Shown here piece after piece: positions 53,722 to 63,410 of a stretch of DNA of 64,000 nt (position 1 is its first letter; each line of letters opens with the position of its first letter). The notes under the pieces are model-generated. The model was not told where the DNA came from. It was given only the letters and a program-made list of their open reading frames with translations, and ran no database searches. Source of the DNA: Anaerolineales bacterium. Lineage in GTDB: Bacteria; Chloroflexota; Anaerolineae; Anaerolineales; DRMV01. Position numbers and translations under genes: made by a program. Location: assembly GCA_027023425.1 (NCBI GenBank), contig JALVVL010000017.1, forward strand, positions 12,942-76,941, read 5' to 3'.

Positions 53722-55515
53722 ATGCCCATCCATCCCCTCCCACCCGAACTGATTTCACAAATAGCCGCCGGCGAAGTGGTAGAACGCCCCGCCTCGGTGG
53801 TCAAAGAATTGCTGGAAAACAGCCTTGATGCCGAAGCAACCGCCATCACCATCACAGTGCGCGGCGCAGGCAAAACACTAATTGAAGTTGCCGACAACGG
53901 CTGTGGCATCCCCGCTGAGGAATTGCCGTTGGCAGTTGCGCGCCACGCCACCAGCAAACTTCAAACCGCCGAAGACCTGTTCCGCATCCGCACTTTGGGC
54001 TTTCGCGGTGAGGCATTGGCGTCAATTGCTTCCGTCTCCCGCTTCACAATTACGTCGTGTGCGCGCGGAGCAAGCATGGGGGCGCGGCTTCGCGTAGAAG
54101 GCGGCCGCATAATCGGCGGTGTTGAACCTGTGGGCGCTCCTACCGGCACAACAGTGCGCGTGGAAGACCTGTTCTACAACGTCCCAGCCCGCCGCAAATT
54201 CCTCAAATCCGACGCGACCGAAAAGCGCCGCATTGACGCGTTAGTGACACGCTACGCTCTCGCCTACCCCCATGTCCGCTTTAGGCTCACGCAAGACGGC
54301 AAACTCAGCCTGCAGACCGCAGGCAACGGTGAGCGCCGAGACGTGCTCGCCGCGCTTTACGGCGCGGAAATCGCCCGCCGCATGTTGCCAGTGGAAGACA
54401 GCGCCCCTGAAATCCAAATCAGCGGCTTCATCAGCCCGCCTGACATCACCCGCGGCCGCCGCAGCGAAATCATCTTTTTCGTCAACGGCCGCCCCGTGCA
54501 AGACTCCACCCTGAGCGCCGCTCTGCTCAGGGCGTACCACACCTTGCTCATGGTGGGGCGCTACCCAATTGCAGTGCTGTTCATCCAACTGCCGCCCGAA
54601 GATGTGGATGTGAACGTGCACCCAACCAAAGCGGAAGTGCGCTTCCGCAACCCCGACGCCGTATTTCGCGCCGTGCAACACGCCGCGCGGCGCGCTCTGC
54701 TCGCCTACACGCCCATTCCCGATTTGGAACTGCCCCCCGCCCCCAAAGCACCACGCCCCGAATGGCTCGGCGACGGTCAGCCCACCCAAACCCGTTGGGA
54801 AAGCCCGCCCTTCCCCCAAACCCAAGCGCCCAATGCAGGGGAAAGGGCTTCCGCCGCGCCGCAACCCCTTCCCCAAACCGAAGCGCCAAGCGAACAAAGC
54901 GCCGAGCGCCAGCCCATGCTTCCGGGGAGCAAAATCCCGCTCCTGCGCCCAATTGGGCAAATTGCGGCGACCTACATAGTTGCCGAGGGGCCGGATGGGC
55001 TTTATTTGATTGACCAGCACGCGGCGCATGAGCGCGTTTTGTTTGAAAAATTGATGGCGCAGCGGGAAAGCGGCGTTGCATCGCAAGCATTGCTTGAGCC
55101 GGTTACGGTTCACCTGCCGCCCCAACAGGCGCGCACGCTGGAAGAGCAATTGCCATATCTTGAACGCTGGGGCTTTGAGGTAGAGCCTTTCGGCCCGGGG
55201 ACTTTCCGCGTGCGCGCCATGCCCGCCATTCTCGCCAAATACAGCCCAAGCGAGGCGCTGCGCGCGCTGGTGGAGGATTTTGAGGAAGATGAAACGCCCC
55301 TGCAGGGGGAAATTGAGGCGCGGATTATCGCTCGCGTTTGCAAACGGCTGGCAGTCAAAGGCGGGCAAGTGCTTTCGCCGCAGGAACAGGAAGCCCTGAT
55401 TCGCGATTTAGAAGCCTGCCAAAACCCGCGCTCATGCCCACACGGGCGACCGACCATGATTCACATCAGCGTTGCCACGCTTGAAAAGCAGTTTGGAAGG
55501 CTGGGGGCAAAATAA
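53722..55515 (+). CDS. mutL: DNA mismatch repair protein MutL (endonuclease-type)
   Basis: GHKL ATPase motifs ELLENSLDA, DNGCGI and GFRGEAL. The C-terminal endonuclease motif DQHAAHERVLFE indicates a MutH-independent type. Confidence 0.92.
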   Translation: MPIHPLPPELISQIAAGEVVERPASVVKELLENSLDAEATAITITVRGAGKTLIEVADNGCGIPAEELPLAVARHATSKLQTAEDLFRIRTLGFRGEALASIASVSRFTITSCARGASMGARLRVEGGRIIGGVEPVGAPTGTTVRVEDLFYNVPARRKFLKSDATEKRRIDALVTRYALAYPHVRFRLTQDGKLSLQTAGNGERRDVLAALYGAEIARRMLPVEDSAPEIQISGFISPPDITRGRRSEIIFFVNGRPVQDSTLSAALLRAYHTLLMVGRYPIAVLFIQLPPEDVDVNVHPTKAEVRFRNPDAVFRAVQHAARRALLAYTPIPDLELPPAPKAPRPEWLGDGQPTQTRWESPPFPQTQAPNAGERASAAPQPLPQTEAPSEQSAERQPMLPGSKIPLLRPIGQIAATYIVAEGPDGLYLIDQHAAHERVLFEKLMAQRESGVASQALLEPVTVHLPPQQARTLEEQLPYLERWGFEVEPFGPGTFRVRAMPAILAKYSPSEALRALVEDFEEDETPLQGEIEARIIARVCKRLAVKGGQVLSPQEQEALIRDLEACQNPRSCPHGRPTMIHISVATLEKQFGRLGAK

Positions 55516-55570
55516 AAGCCAAAGCAGGCTATTTTTACAAATTTTTTACGGCTTGAGAACCCGCTCGTTA

Positions 55571-55598
55571 TTGACAAAAAGTGCTTAGTCCGGATAAT
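55571..55598 (+). promoter_or_regulatory. sigma-70-type promoter upstream of cstA
   Basis: TTGACA (55571-55576), a 16-nt spacer, then GATAAT (55593-55598). This would give a leader of about 220 nt. Confidence 0.45.
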
Positions 55599-55821
55599 GA
55601 AAGAAAAGCCCCGGCGCGCAACGCGCGCTGGGAGGTAGGGTTTTTAATTGCAAGATTCATCTTTTTATCCAAACCCAATACCAAAAGGAGGTGCACACCC
55701 CAAAACACAATTCTCAATTTTCCCCCTCGGCAAAGCCGCGAAAGCGGCATAGCCAAACACATACAGGTAGCATTGTTTCCGCACGATAGGTTCCCCCACA
55801 CAGAAAGGAGGAAGGACTCCA

Positions 55822-57594
55822 ATGGCCGCAATTGTACTTATCGTTGCAATAGCAATAGTTGTAATTGGCTACCAAGCATACGCCGCAAAGATGGACAAAG
55901 AGGTCATTCAGGCCAATCCCAAAAAGGCCACACCGGCTACACTTTACAACGACGGTGTGGACTTTATGCCTGCGAGCGGCAGCGTGCTGTTTGGGTATCA
56001 ATTCAAGTCCATCGCCGCCCTTGGCCCAATAGTCGGCCCGATAGTAGCCGTGCAGTGGGGCTGGCTGCCGACGTTCCTGTGGCTGATGTTGGGGGTGTTT
56101 TTCATTGGGTGGGTTCAGGACTACGCGTCGGCGATGATGGCTATGCGAAACGACGGCCTAACCATGGGCGGCCTCGCCTACAAATTCATTTCGCCACGCG
56201 CTCGCGGCATCCTGCTTGCATTCCTCTACTTCTACCTCTTGCTCATCATGGGCGCATTTGGCGCTGTGGTGGCCGGCCTGCTCGCTATTCCGGTTGTGCC
56301 CGTTGGCCTTTTCATCCTCACCCTCGCTGGCGTCTTAGCCGGGCAGATGACCTACCGCTGGAAAATGGACCTGGTGATGACCACAGTCATTACCGTGCTC
56401 ATCGCACTAATCGGCATCTGGCTCGGCACCATGCCTTGGGCGAAGAACTTAGTGAACAGCATCAACAGCCTTGCTGGCACCGGCCCCAAACACATCCTCT
56501 ACAACACCCCCTACGGGCCAATGACTTGGCCGCAATTCTTCTGGGGCATCGTGGCGTTGGCATTCTGCTACCTCGGCTCGGTGCTGGCAATTTGGCGCTT
56601 TGCCCAACCCGTGAACTATGTTTCGTTCTGGTTCGTGGCGCTGGGCTTGCTTGGCTCCATCCTCGGCGTTTTCGTCGCCGCCATTTTCAAAACCACAAAT
56701 GTAGCATTTCAAATTCCGGCCTACGTTACATGGAATCAGCCCAAGTTAGGCTGGTTATGGCCGATCTTGTTCGTGACAGTTTCATGCGGGGCAATTTCAG
56801 GCTGGCACTCACTGGTATCCACAGCGGGCACGGCGAGGCAGTTGGAAAAAGAAACCGACGCCCTGCCGGTTGGCGCTGGAGCAATGTTCACCGAGGCCAT
56901 CTTGGCAACAATGGCGCTCATCTTCGCCGCAACGGCGCTCACCAAAGGCAACACCGTGCTTTATGACGCCAATCATATGTACTTCCTCAAAGTGAAAGCA
57001 GGGGCGATCTGGGCCTATGGCATGTCCCGCTTCCTCTCGTGGATACCGGGGATCTCGCCCTCAATGGGTGCGGCAATCGGCGCCATCTTCCTCGCCGTGA
57101 TGGCGCTTACGGTTATGCAACTGGTGCTCCGCTTTATGCGCGTTGCCTCGGCCGAACTGGTCGGCGATAAAATCCCCGCCTTCAAGAACCCCCACGTCGG
57201 CACCATCGTCGCCATCCTGTTCACCTTCCTCATCCTGTGGACTGCATTCTGGCAAAGGATTTGGGTGCTGTTCGGCGGGGCTAACCAGTTATTCGCCGGG
57301 CTGGCGCTTTTGCTGATCACCATCTGGCTGGCAAACGAAGGCAAAAAGCATGGTTGGGTCTTCTGGCCGATGGTGTTTATGTATGTAACCACCGTGACGG
57401 CGCTGCTGGTGACAGCGTGGAAATCGTTCCGTCACATGATGACGGCCAACATCAGCGCCGCATTTGCGTTTGGAGATTTGGTAGCAGGCGTAATAGCGCT
57501 CTTCCTCGCCTTAGCGGCGGTCATACTGGCATATGACGGGTTCAAGTCGCTCGCCAAAGCACGAGCCAAAGCCGCATCCCACGCAGGAAACTAA
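55822..57594 (+). CDS. cstA: carbon starvation protein A (CstA family peptide/pyruvate transporter)
   Basis: 590-aa polytopic protein. N-terminal pattern ...GYQAYAAKMDKEV...ATPA...NDGVDFMP, plus FGYQFKSIAALGPIVGP. aaaggagg RBS. Confidence 0.88.
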   Translation: MAAIVLIVAIAIVVIGYQAYAAKMDKEVIQANPKKATPATLYNDGVDFMPASGSVLFGYQFKSIAALGPIVGPIVAVQWGWLPTFLWLMLGVFFIGWVQDYASAMMAMRNDGLTMGGLAYKFISPRARGILLAFLYFYLLLIMGAFGAVVAGLLAIPVVPVGLFILTLAGVLAGQMTYRWKMDLVMTTVITVLIALIGIWLGTMPWAKNLVNSINSLAGTGPKHILYNTPYGPMTWPQFFWGIVALAFCYLGSVLAIWRFAQPVNYVSFWFVALGLLGSILGVFVAAIFKTTNVAFQIPAYVTWNQPKLGWLWPILFVTVSCGAISGWHSLVSTAGTARQLEKETDALPVGAGAMFTEAILATMALIFAATALTKGNTVLYDANHMYFLKVKAGAIWAYGMSRFLSWIPGISPSMGAAIGAIFLAVMALTVMQLVLRFMRVASAELVGDKIPAFKNPHVGTIVAILFTFLILWTAFWQRIWVLFGGANQLFAGLALLLITIWLANEGKKHGWVFWPMVFMYVTTVTALLVTAWKSFRHMMTANISAAFAFGDLVAGVIALFLALAAVILAYDGFKSLAKARAKAASHAGN

Positions 57595-57606
57595 ACGACA
57601 ACATTT

Positions 57607-57629
57607 GGGGAGGGCGCAACGCCCTCCCC
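57607..57629 (+). terminator. GC hairpin after cstA (weak terminator candidate)
   Basis: ggggagggcg / caa / cgccctcccc. The T-run appears only 10 nt downstream. Confidence 0.35.
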
Positions 57630-57660
57630 AACCGAGTTTATTTTGCCGGAGGAAAGCAAA

Positions 57661-57939
57661 ATGACCGAAGAAGAAAAGCGCTCGTTCTTCTCTAAAATTG
57701 TGCGCAACCTGCAAGATGTGATCTACGGCATGGCCTCGCACGATATGGCAAGGCAGGCGCTGAAGACGCGCGGCAGTATGGAACACCTGTTCATCCTGAT
57801 CACAATGGGCGACCTGCTGGGCGTGCCCATTCTACCGCCGTATTACTCGCTGCGGCTGCTGCCCTATGTCGTGCCACAAATCAGCACTTGGAAGCGCCGC
57901 ATGTTGCGCGAGCGCGATCTCACCGACGCGTTAGCCTAA
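57661..57939 (+). CDS. small conserved-looking hypothetical protein (92 aa) preceding the ArsA-like pair
   Basis: ATG 57661 with a ggaggaaag RBS. It has an amphipathic N-terminus, a central hydrophobic Pro-rich segment (LFILITMGDLLGVPILPPYYSLRLLPYVV) and a basic tail. I recognise no family. Confidence 0.4.
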   Translation: MTEEEKRSFFSKIVRNLQDVIYGMASHDMARQALKTRGSMEHLFILITMGDLLGVPILPPYYSLRLLPYVVPQISTWKRRMLRERDLTDALA

Positions 57940-57956
57940 CCACAACGAGGTGTCGT

Positions 57957-58946
57957 ATGTCACTGGCAAAAGTTTTCCGCGAAAATCCCAACCGCCGCTA
58001 CATCATGTTTGGCGGCAAAGGCGGCTTAGGCAAAACCACCTTTTCGGCAGCCACCGGCTATTGGCTGGCCAAGCAAGGCAAAAAAGTGCTGGTGTTCTCG
58101 GTAGACCCGCAAGCCTCCCTTTCCGACATCTTCCAGCGCGACATTTACGGCAAAGGGGCAGTGGAAATAATGCCCAACCTGTACGCACAGGAAATTGACG
58201 CCGACCAACACATCCGCGAATACCAAGACGAAATCCGCCAAAAAATTCGCGATATGTACGGCTTTGAAAAAATACCGGATGAAATTGAGTCGTACATCCA
58301 AGCGGCATCGGCCGAGCCCGCAATGGAAGAATCGGCCATCTTTGACCAAGTGGTAGACATCGTGGTAGCGGGCGGATACGACTACTACATCTACGACTTA
58401 GTGCCTTTAGGCCACGCGCTCTACTACCTCAGCATGGCAAGCGTTTACGACCAATGGATAAGCAAAATCACCAAACTGAGGGAGGAAATGCGTGAATACG
58501 AACAAATGGCAGCGCGGGTGAGCCGCAAAAAAGAGACCCAAGAAGACCTGATTTTGAAAGAATTGCAAGACATCCGCTACCGCATTTCCACCTCATCAAG
58601 CATACTCACCGACCGCGAAAAAACGGCCTTTTTCTTCGTGCTCATACCCGAAGAAATGATTTTGATAGACACCCAAAAAGCCTCAAAACTGTTTGAGCGC
58701 TACCAAGTGCCGATAAGCGGCTACATAGTGAACCGCGTGATCCCCGAGCGAGTGGTCAAATCGGAACACGCACCAGCGTACCTAAAGAACCGCTACGAAA
58801 TGCAAAAGAAATACCTGAAGAAAATTCACGAAATGTTCGGCGACTCGGTGCTGGCCGAAATTGAGGAAATGGAGCGCGATATCACCGGCCTTGAAATGAT
58901 AGAGCGGATGGCCCACGCCATGTTCGGAGAGGAGACGCTGGAATGA
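57957..58946 (+). CDS. ArsA/Get3-family P-loop ATPase, subunit 1 (Cys-free, degenerate switch II)
   Basis: Deviant Walker A FGGKGGLGKTT, then VDPQASLSD, and switch-II position YDLVPLGH instead of DTAPTGH. There are no Cys residues. ATG 57957 follows gagg. Confidence 0.8.
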   Translation: MSLAKVFRENPNRRYIMFGGKGGLGKTTFSAATGYWLAKQGKKVLVFSVDPQASLSDIFQRDIYGKGAVEIMPNLYAQEIDADQHIREYQDEIRQKIRDMYGFEKIPDEIESYIQAASAEPAMEESAIFDQVVDIVVAGGYDYYIYDLVPLGHALYYLSMASVYDQWISKITKLREEMREYEQMAARVSRKKETQEDLILKELQDIRYRISTSSSILTDREKTAFFFVLIPEEMILIDTQKASKLFERYQVPISGYIVNRVIPERVVKSEHAPAYLKNRYEMQKKYLKKIHEMFGDSVLAEIEEMERDITGLEMIERMAHAMFGEETLE

Positions 58947-59932
58947 ACGCGCTACAACCCTCTATCACCATGAAACAATTCGTAGAAAGCAAGCCGGGGC
59001 TAAAGTATGTGTTCTTCGGCGGCAAAGGGGGCGTTGGCAAAACCGTGATGGCTGGCGCCGCCGCCGTGGCTTTAGCCCAGCAAGGGAAACGCGTCTTGTT
59101 GGCATCCACCAACCCAGTTCACAGCCTTTCGGGGATGCTCAACCAAGACGTGTTCGGCAAAGAAACGCCCGTGGAAGGAGTTCCCAACCTCTGGGCATAC
59201 GAAATTGACACCCGCGACACCATAGAACGCTCAAAACAAGAAATCAAAGAAAAAATTGAATGGTTCCTCAAATACGCCGAAATCAAAGGGCGCGCCGACG
59301 AATTCGTTGAATCGGCCACAATGAACCCGGCCTTTGAGGAATCGGCCATGTTTGAAAACATGATAGACCTGATGTTCGCGGACGAATACGAAGTGTATGT
59401 GTTTGACACCGCGCCAACCGCGAACGCCCGCCGCTTGCTCGGCATGTCCTCGGTGTACTCACTGTGGGTAAACAAAATGCTCCAAAGCCGCAAAGAAGCG
59501 CAGGAAATGAAACTGCGCCTTTCGTTTTCCAAAAAGAAAGAGGAAGAAGACCCACTGATGGACTACCTCCTCAAATTCCGCGACCGGATGGAGCGCGCCA
59601 AAGTGTTGCTCACCGACCCTGAAAAGACGGCCTTCTTCTTCGTCACCCTGCCAGAGGCGTTGCCGATAGCGGTAATCAAACGCTTCATCAACTGGTTCCA
59701 TGAGTTCGGCATACCGGTTGGCGGGGTGATAGTGAACATGCTGATAGACGCAAGTGAGGTGAGCGACCAAGCGGACGAATTCATCCTCAACCGCATCAAA
59801 ATGCAAGCAGAGTACATGAAGGAAATAGAAGAAGAATTTGGCGACATGGTCCGGGCGATAATACCGCTCTTTGAAACCGAAGTGCGCGGCATAGAAATGC
59901 TAAAACGCATGGCAGGACTGCTATTTGCGTGA
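58943..59932 (+). CDS. ArsA/Get3-family P-loop ATPase, subunit 2 (Cys-free)
   Basis: FGGKGGVGKTV, STNPVHSLSG and FDTAPTANARRLL. There are no Cys residues. ATGA overlap with subunit 1. Confidence 0.8.
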   Translation: MNALQPSITMKQFVESKPGLKYVFFGGKGGVGKTVMAGAAAVALAQQGKRVLLASTNPVHSLSGMLNQDVFGKETPVEGVPNLWAYEIDTRDTIERSKQEIKEKIEWFLKYAEIKGRADEFVESATMNPAFEESAMFENMIDLMFADEYEVYVFDTAPTANARRLLGMSSVYSLWVNKMLQSRKEAQEMKLRLSFSKKKEEEDPLMDYLLKFRDRMERAKVLLTDPEKTAFFFVTLPEALPIAVIKRFINWFHEFGIPVGGVIVNMLIDASEVSDQADEFILNRIKMQAEYMKEIEEEFGDMVRAIIPLFETEVRGIEMLKRMAGLLFA

Positions 59933-59935
59933 CCC

Positions 59936-59966
59936 AAAAGCCCCCTTCTTGGTGAAGGGGGCTTTT
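59936..59966. terminator. rho-independent terminator after the ArsA-like pair
   Basis: aaaagccccctt / cttggtg / aagggggctttt. The 12-bp stem includes A- and T-runs and could work in both directions. Confidence 0.6.
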
Positions 59967-60151
59967 GTAACGCACGAAACTATCACAAAAATATGATGTT
60001 TTCTCCCGTTTTTTACCGTTTTTTTACACCGAAGGCGCCAAGCAAGCCCTTGCGAAAAGCAAAATAGTACTAAAATGATAAAGGAGTATCGTGCTTGGGG
60101 CGGCAAGCCCCACAAACATCCATTCCAACACCTTACGAAGGAGGAGCGAAT

Positions 60152-61483
60152 ATGCGACGGAAACTTTACATCCTTATAGGCATCCTGTTGGTTGCCGGAA
60201 TGGTGCTGGCGGCATGCGGCAAGGCAACGCCGACCAGCGCTCCAGCACCCAAGGCGAGCGAATCTTCTCAAAACAACGCGCCCGCCAAGACCAGCGCCCC
60301 CAGCGCCAAGGAAATCACAGTCACTATCGGGTTTACCCAATCCAAGACGGGCAAATACAACGAAGAATCCACTCGCCAAAGCGATGGCTTAGACTTGTGG
60401 ATCAAGCAAATCAACGATCAGGGTGGCATTAAGTTGAGCGACGGCACGGTTGTGAAATTCAAAGCCGTGTCCTACGATGACGAAAGCAGCGGCGACAAAG
60501 TACAACAACTCTACACCCGCCTTATCACCAAAGACAAGGCCGACTTCCTCATCAGCCCTTACTCCAGTGGTTTGACCTCCTCGGCCGCGATCATCTCCGA
60601 GCAATACGGCAAGATCATGCTCGCGACCGGTGCGGCCTCCGACTCCATTTTCAAGAAGGGCTATGAGCGGGTCTATCAACTCTACACACCGGCCAGCCAC
60701 TACCTCACCGGTGCGGTTGACCTGCTGCAGAGCCTTGACCCCAATGTAAAGAAAGTGGCCTTCATTTACGAAAACAGCAAATTCTCCACCGCCGTGGTCA
60801 AAGCCGCAAAGGAATACGCCGAAAAGAAAGGCTACGACGTAGTGATGTTTGAAGGCTACGACAAAGGCACAACCGACTTCGGCTCCTTCATCAACAAGAT
60901 TCAAGATAGCGGCGCCGAGGCCGTGATGGGCGGCGGTCACTTCCAAGACGGCTCCACGCTGGCACGCCAAATCTACGAGAAGAAACTGCCCATCAAGTAC
61001 CTCGCTCTGCTGGTTGCCCCGCCTGACCCGAGTTTTGCCGATTTGGGCGACGCTGCTCTGGGCGTGGTTGGCCCCAGCCAATGGGAAGCCAGCGCGAATT
61101 ACTCACCTGAATCCGCCAAGGCCGCCGGCCTCACTTGGTTCGGCCCCACCAGCGCCGACTTCGTGAAAGCCTACAAAGCCGCCTACAACGAAGACCCCGA
61201 CTACCACTCCGCCGGTGGCTATGTGGCCGGTCTGGTGCTCCAAAAAGCCATCATGGACGCCGGTTCGGTTGACCCCGCCAAAGTCAAAGCCGCACTGGAC
61301 AAAATGGACATCCTGACCTTCTTCGGCCACATCAAGTTCAACACCACCGACGCTCACGGCCTGCAAATCGGCCACGAAATGATCTACATCCAGTGGCAGA
61401 AGAAAGACGGCAAACTGGTGAAAGAAGTTGTGTGGCCGAAAGAAGGTGCCACGGCCGCTCCGCTTTACCCCTTGAAACACTAA
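60152..61483 (+). CDS. ABC transporter substrate-binding lipoprotein (Leu/Ile/Val-binding, type I PBP family)
   Basis: Signal peptide with lipobox LAAC, starting from ATG 60152 (gaaggaggag RBS). An S/A/P-rich linker precedes a LivJ-like domain. liv permease genes lie downstream. Confidence 0.85.
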   Translation: MRRKLYILIGILLVAGMVLAACGKATPTSAPAPKASESSQNNAPAKTSAPSAKEITVTIGFTQSKTGKYNEESTRQSDGLDLWIKQINDQGGIKLSDGTVVKFKAVSYDDESSGDKVQQLYTRLITKDKADFLISPYSSGLTSSAAIISEQYGKIMLATGAASDSIFKKGYERVYQLYTPASHYLTGAVDLLQSLDPNVKKVAFIYENSKFSTAVVKAAKEYAEKKGYDVVMFEGYDKGTTDFGSFINKIQDSGAEAVMGGGHFQDGSTLARQIYEKKLPIKYLALLVAPPDPSFADLGDAALGVVGPSQWEASANYSPESAKAAGLTWFGPTSADFVKAYKAAYNEDPDYHSAGGYVAGLVLQKAIMDAGSVDPAKVKAALDKMDILTFFGHIKFNTTDAHGLQIGHEMIYIQWQKKDGKLVKEVVWPKEGATAAPLYPLKH

Positions 61484-61499
61484 AATCCCTGTAAGCCAA

Positions 61500-61537
61500 G
61501 CCTCCCCCAGAGGAAATTCCTCTGAGGGAGGCTTTTT
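61500..61537 (+). terminator. rho-independent terminator/attenuator after the binding-protein gene
   Basis: gcctcccccagagg / aaatt / cctctgagggaggc followed by ttttt. Confidence 0.6.
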
Positions 61538-61578
61538 ATTCCCCTTCACCTCCCCATCCTCACCATGGAGAGCGCACT

Positions 61579-62439
61579 ATGATGGATGCACTGATTCGTT
61601 CCCTAATTGACGGCTTGCTGTTGGGGTTTGTGTATGGCATTGCCGCCATGGGGCTAACGCTCATTTGGGGTGTAATGAACGTGATCAACCTTTCCCATGG
61701 CTCGCTAATAGCCTTGGGGATGTTCAGCGTGTACTACCTGTTTGTAGGATTAGGGATACACCCTTACATCGCCCTGGTGTTAACGGCTGTTTTAGGGCTA
61801 ATTTTCGGAGTTATCATCTATTTCATAGCCGTGCACCGCGTAATCAATGCTCCAGAATTATCTACCCTGCTGGCAACATACTCGGTAAACATGATGATAC
61901 TGGGTATAGGAACGGCGATCTTCACAACCACGCCGCGCAACATTCCGCTTGACTTGGGAAGCATCCAATTCGGCGAGACGGTTGTGACAATGACAAGGCT
62001 TATAGCGGCAGTAATTTCAGTCGGTGTAGCCGTAGGCTTATTTCTATTCCTCAAGTACACCCGTCCGGGGCGTTACATACGCGCCGTAACCGATAACCGC
62101 GACGCGGCTGAAATAGTGGGAGTTCCCTCGGCGCAGGTATTAGCCCTTACTTTTGGATTGGGTACATTGCTTGCCGCGGTTTCCGGTGGCCTAATTGCCA
62201 CCTTTTTCCCCTTCACCATCCTTTCCGGCGAAACATACGAACTCAAAAGTTTCGTGATCGGTGTGCTCGGCGGGCTTGGCAACCCTGTTGGCTCGTTGTT
62301 CGGCGGCCTGATTTTAGGCCTAATTGAAGGGTTGGTGCCAATGGCAATGCCCACCACATGGACACCCGTCCTTGAGTTTGTACTCTTTGTGCTCATCCTG
62401 CTCGTCGCACCCAACGGCCTATTTGGAGGGGAAGAATGA
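61579..62439 (+). CDS. livH: branched-chain amino acid ABC transporter permease (LivH family)
   Basis: 286-aa polytopic protein. N-terminus LIDGLLLGFVYGIAAMGLTLIWGV is typical of LivH. Confidence 0.85.
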   Translation: MMDALIRSLIDGLLLGFVYGIAAMGLTLIWGVMNVINLSHGSLIALGMFSVYYLFVGLGIHPYIALVLTAVLGLIFGVIIYFIAVHRVINAPELSTLLATYSVNMMILGIGTAIFTTTPRNIPLDLGSIQFGETVVTMTRLIAAVISVGVAVGLFLFLKYTRPGRYIRAVTDNRDAAEIVGVPSAQVLALTFGLGTLLAAVSGGLIATFFPFTILSGETYELKSFVIGVLGGLGNPVGSLFGGLILGLIEGLVPMAMPTTWTPVLEFVLFVLILLVAPNGLFGGEE

Positions 62440-63410
62440 GCAAAAAATTCTTCCAACACGCGAGCCTATGGCTAAGCCTCGGTACGGTGTTAGTGATAGG
62501 GCTATGGCCTATCGTAACCCATAACGCATTGAACCGAGAAACCGCCTTTACGGTGCTCAGCGCCGTGGCCTTGGCTTCAAGCCTCAACATACTGCTCGGC
62601 TACACAGGGTACGTAAGTTTCGGCCATGTGGTCTTCTTTGGATTTGGCGGATATGTAGGGTTCTACACGATCAACGTCTTGGGCTGGAACATCTGGATGG
62701 CCATGCTGGCGGGCGGCTTAGCGGCCGCGCTTTTGGCTTACCTGTTAGGCGTAGCCATCTTGCGGCTTAGAGGCGCTTATTTTGCCCTCGCCACCATCGG
62801 CATAAACGAAGCCGTGCGCGCCTTCATCAACAACTTTGCCCCCTTTGGCGGCCCCACAGGCATGACCTTGAATTTCAAAATCTACAAAGCCTATGGCGGC
62901 GCAATGCACGCCTTGCAACTGGTCTTCTACATCATGGTGGGGCTTACCATCATAGTGACCATCCTAAGTTACTGGGTTCGCACCTCCAAATTTGGCCTCG
63001 GGCTACTGGCAATTCGCGAAGATGAGGATGCCGCCGAAGTAATGGGCGTAATCACCCCAAGCGCAAAGAACTGGGCGTTTGTGCTCTCAGCCATTATTCC
63101 GGGGATGGTAGGAGCAATTTACTTTTTCAAAAACGGCACAATTGAACCCGGCCTTGCCTTCCCGCTGCGCACTTCAATTGAGATGATAGTGATGATAATG
63201 CTCGGTGGTCAAGGCACGGTGTTGGGGCCAATTTTGGGAGCGGCAGGCTACGAAACAATGCGCGACTACCTGCTCGTAAGCCCTCTCTTCAAAAATTTAC
63301 AACTGGCCATTTCCGGCGTCCTGTTGCTTCTCATCGTACTCTTCATCCCTCGCGGGCTGGTCGGCTGGCTGCGCCAGCGCTACCCTAAAGTGCGGAGGTG
63401 GTTGATATGA
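62436..63410 (+). CDS. livM: branched-chain amino acid ABC transporter permease (LivM family)
   Basis: Motifs LLGYTGYVSFGHVVFFGFGGY and LRLRGAYFALATIG. ATGA overlap with livH. Confidence 0.85.
   Translation: MSKKFFQHASLWLSLGTVLVIGLWPIVTHNALNRETAFTVLSAVALASSLNILLGYTGYVSFGHVVFFGFGGYVGFYTINVLGWNIWMAMLAGGLAAALLAYLLGVAILRLRGAYFALATIGINEAVRAFINNFAPFGGPTGMTLNFKIYKAYGGAMHALQLVFYIMVGLTIIVTILSYWVRTSKFGLGLLAIREDEDAAEVMGVITPSAKNWAFVLSAIIPGMVGAIYFFKNGTIEPGLAFPLRTSIEMIVMIMLGGQGTVLGPILGAAGYETMRDYLLVSPLFKNLQLAISGVLLLLIVLFIPRGLVGWLRQRYPKVRRWLI

Noticed and set aside
54241-55368. 375-aa minus-strand ORF. Similar long antisense ORFs lie at 4627-5820, 10457-11620, 14883-15563, 20070-21914, 49300-50034 and 60389-61081.
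   Set aside because: All lie opposite genes with strong family signatures (mutL, dnaB, comF/tadC, tadZ, A2M, acylase, binding protein). All have skewed R/G/A/H composition.
55581-56966. 461-aa plus-strand ORF overlapping cstA out of frame
   Set aside because: The CstA frame gives a coherent polytopic transporter with family motifs and an RBS. The alternative frame is an R/H/P-rich translation and starts inside the leader.
57957-59932. Arsenite-efflux ATPase (ArsA) annotation for the two P-loop proteins
   Set aside because: Neither protein contains any cysteine, so there is no As(III)/Sb(III) site. No arsB, arsC, arsD or arsR is adjacent. I kept only the family-level ArsA/Get3-like call.
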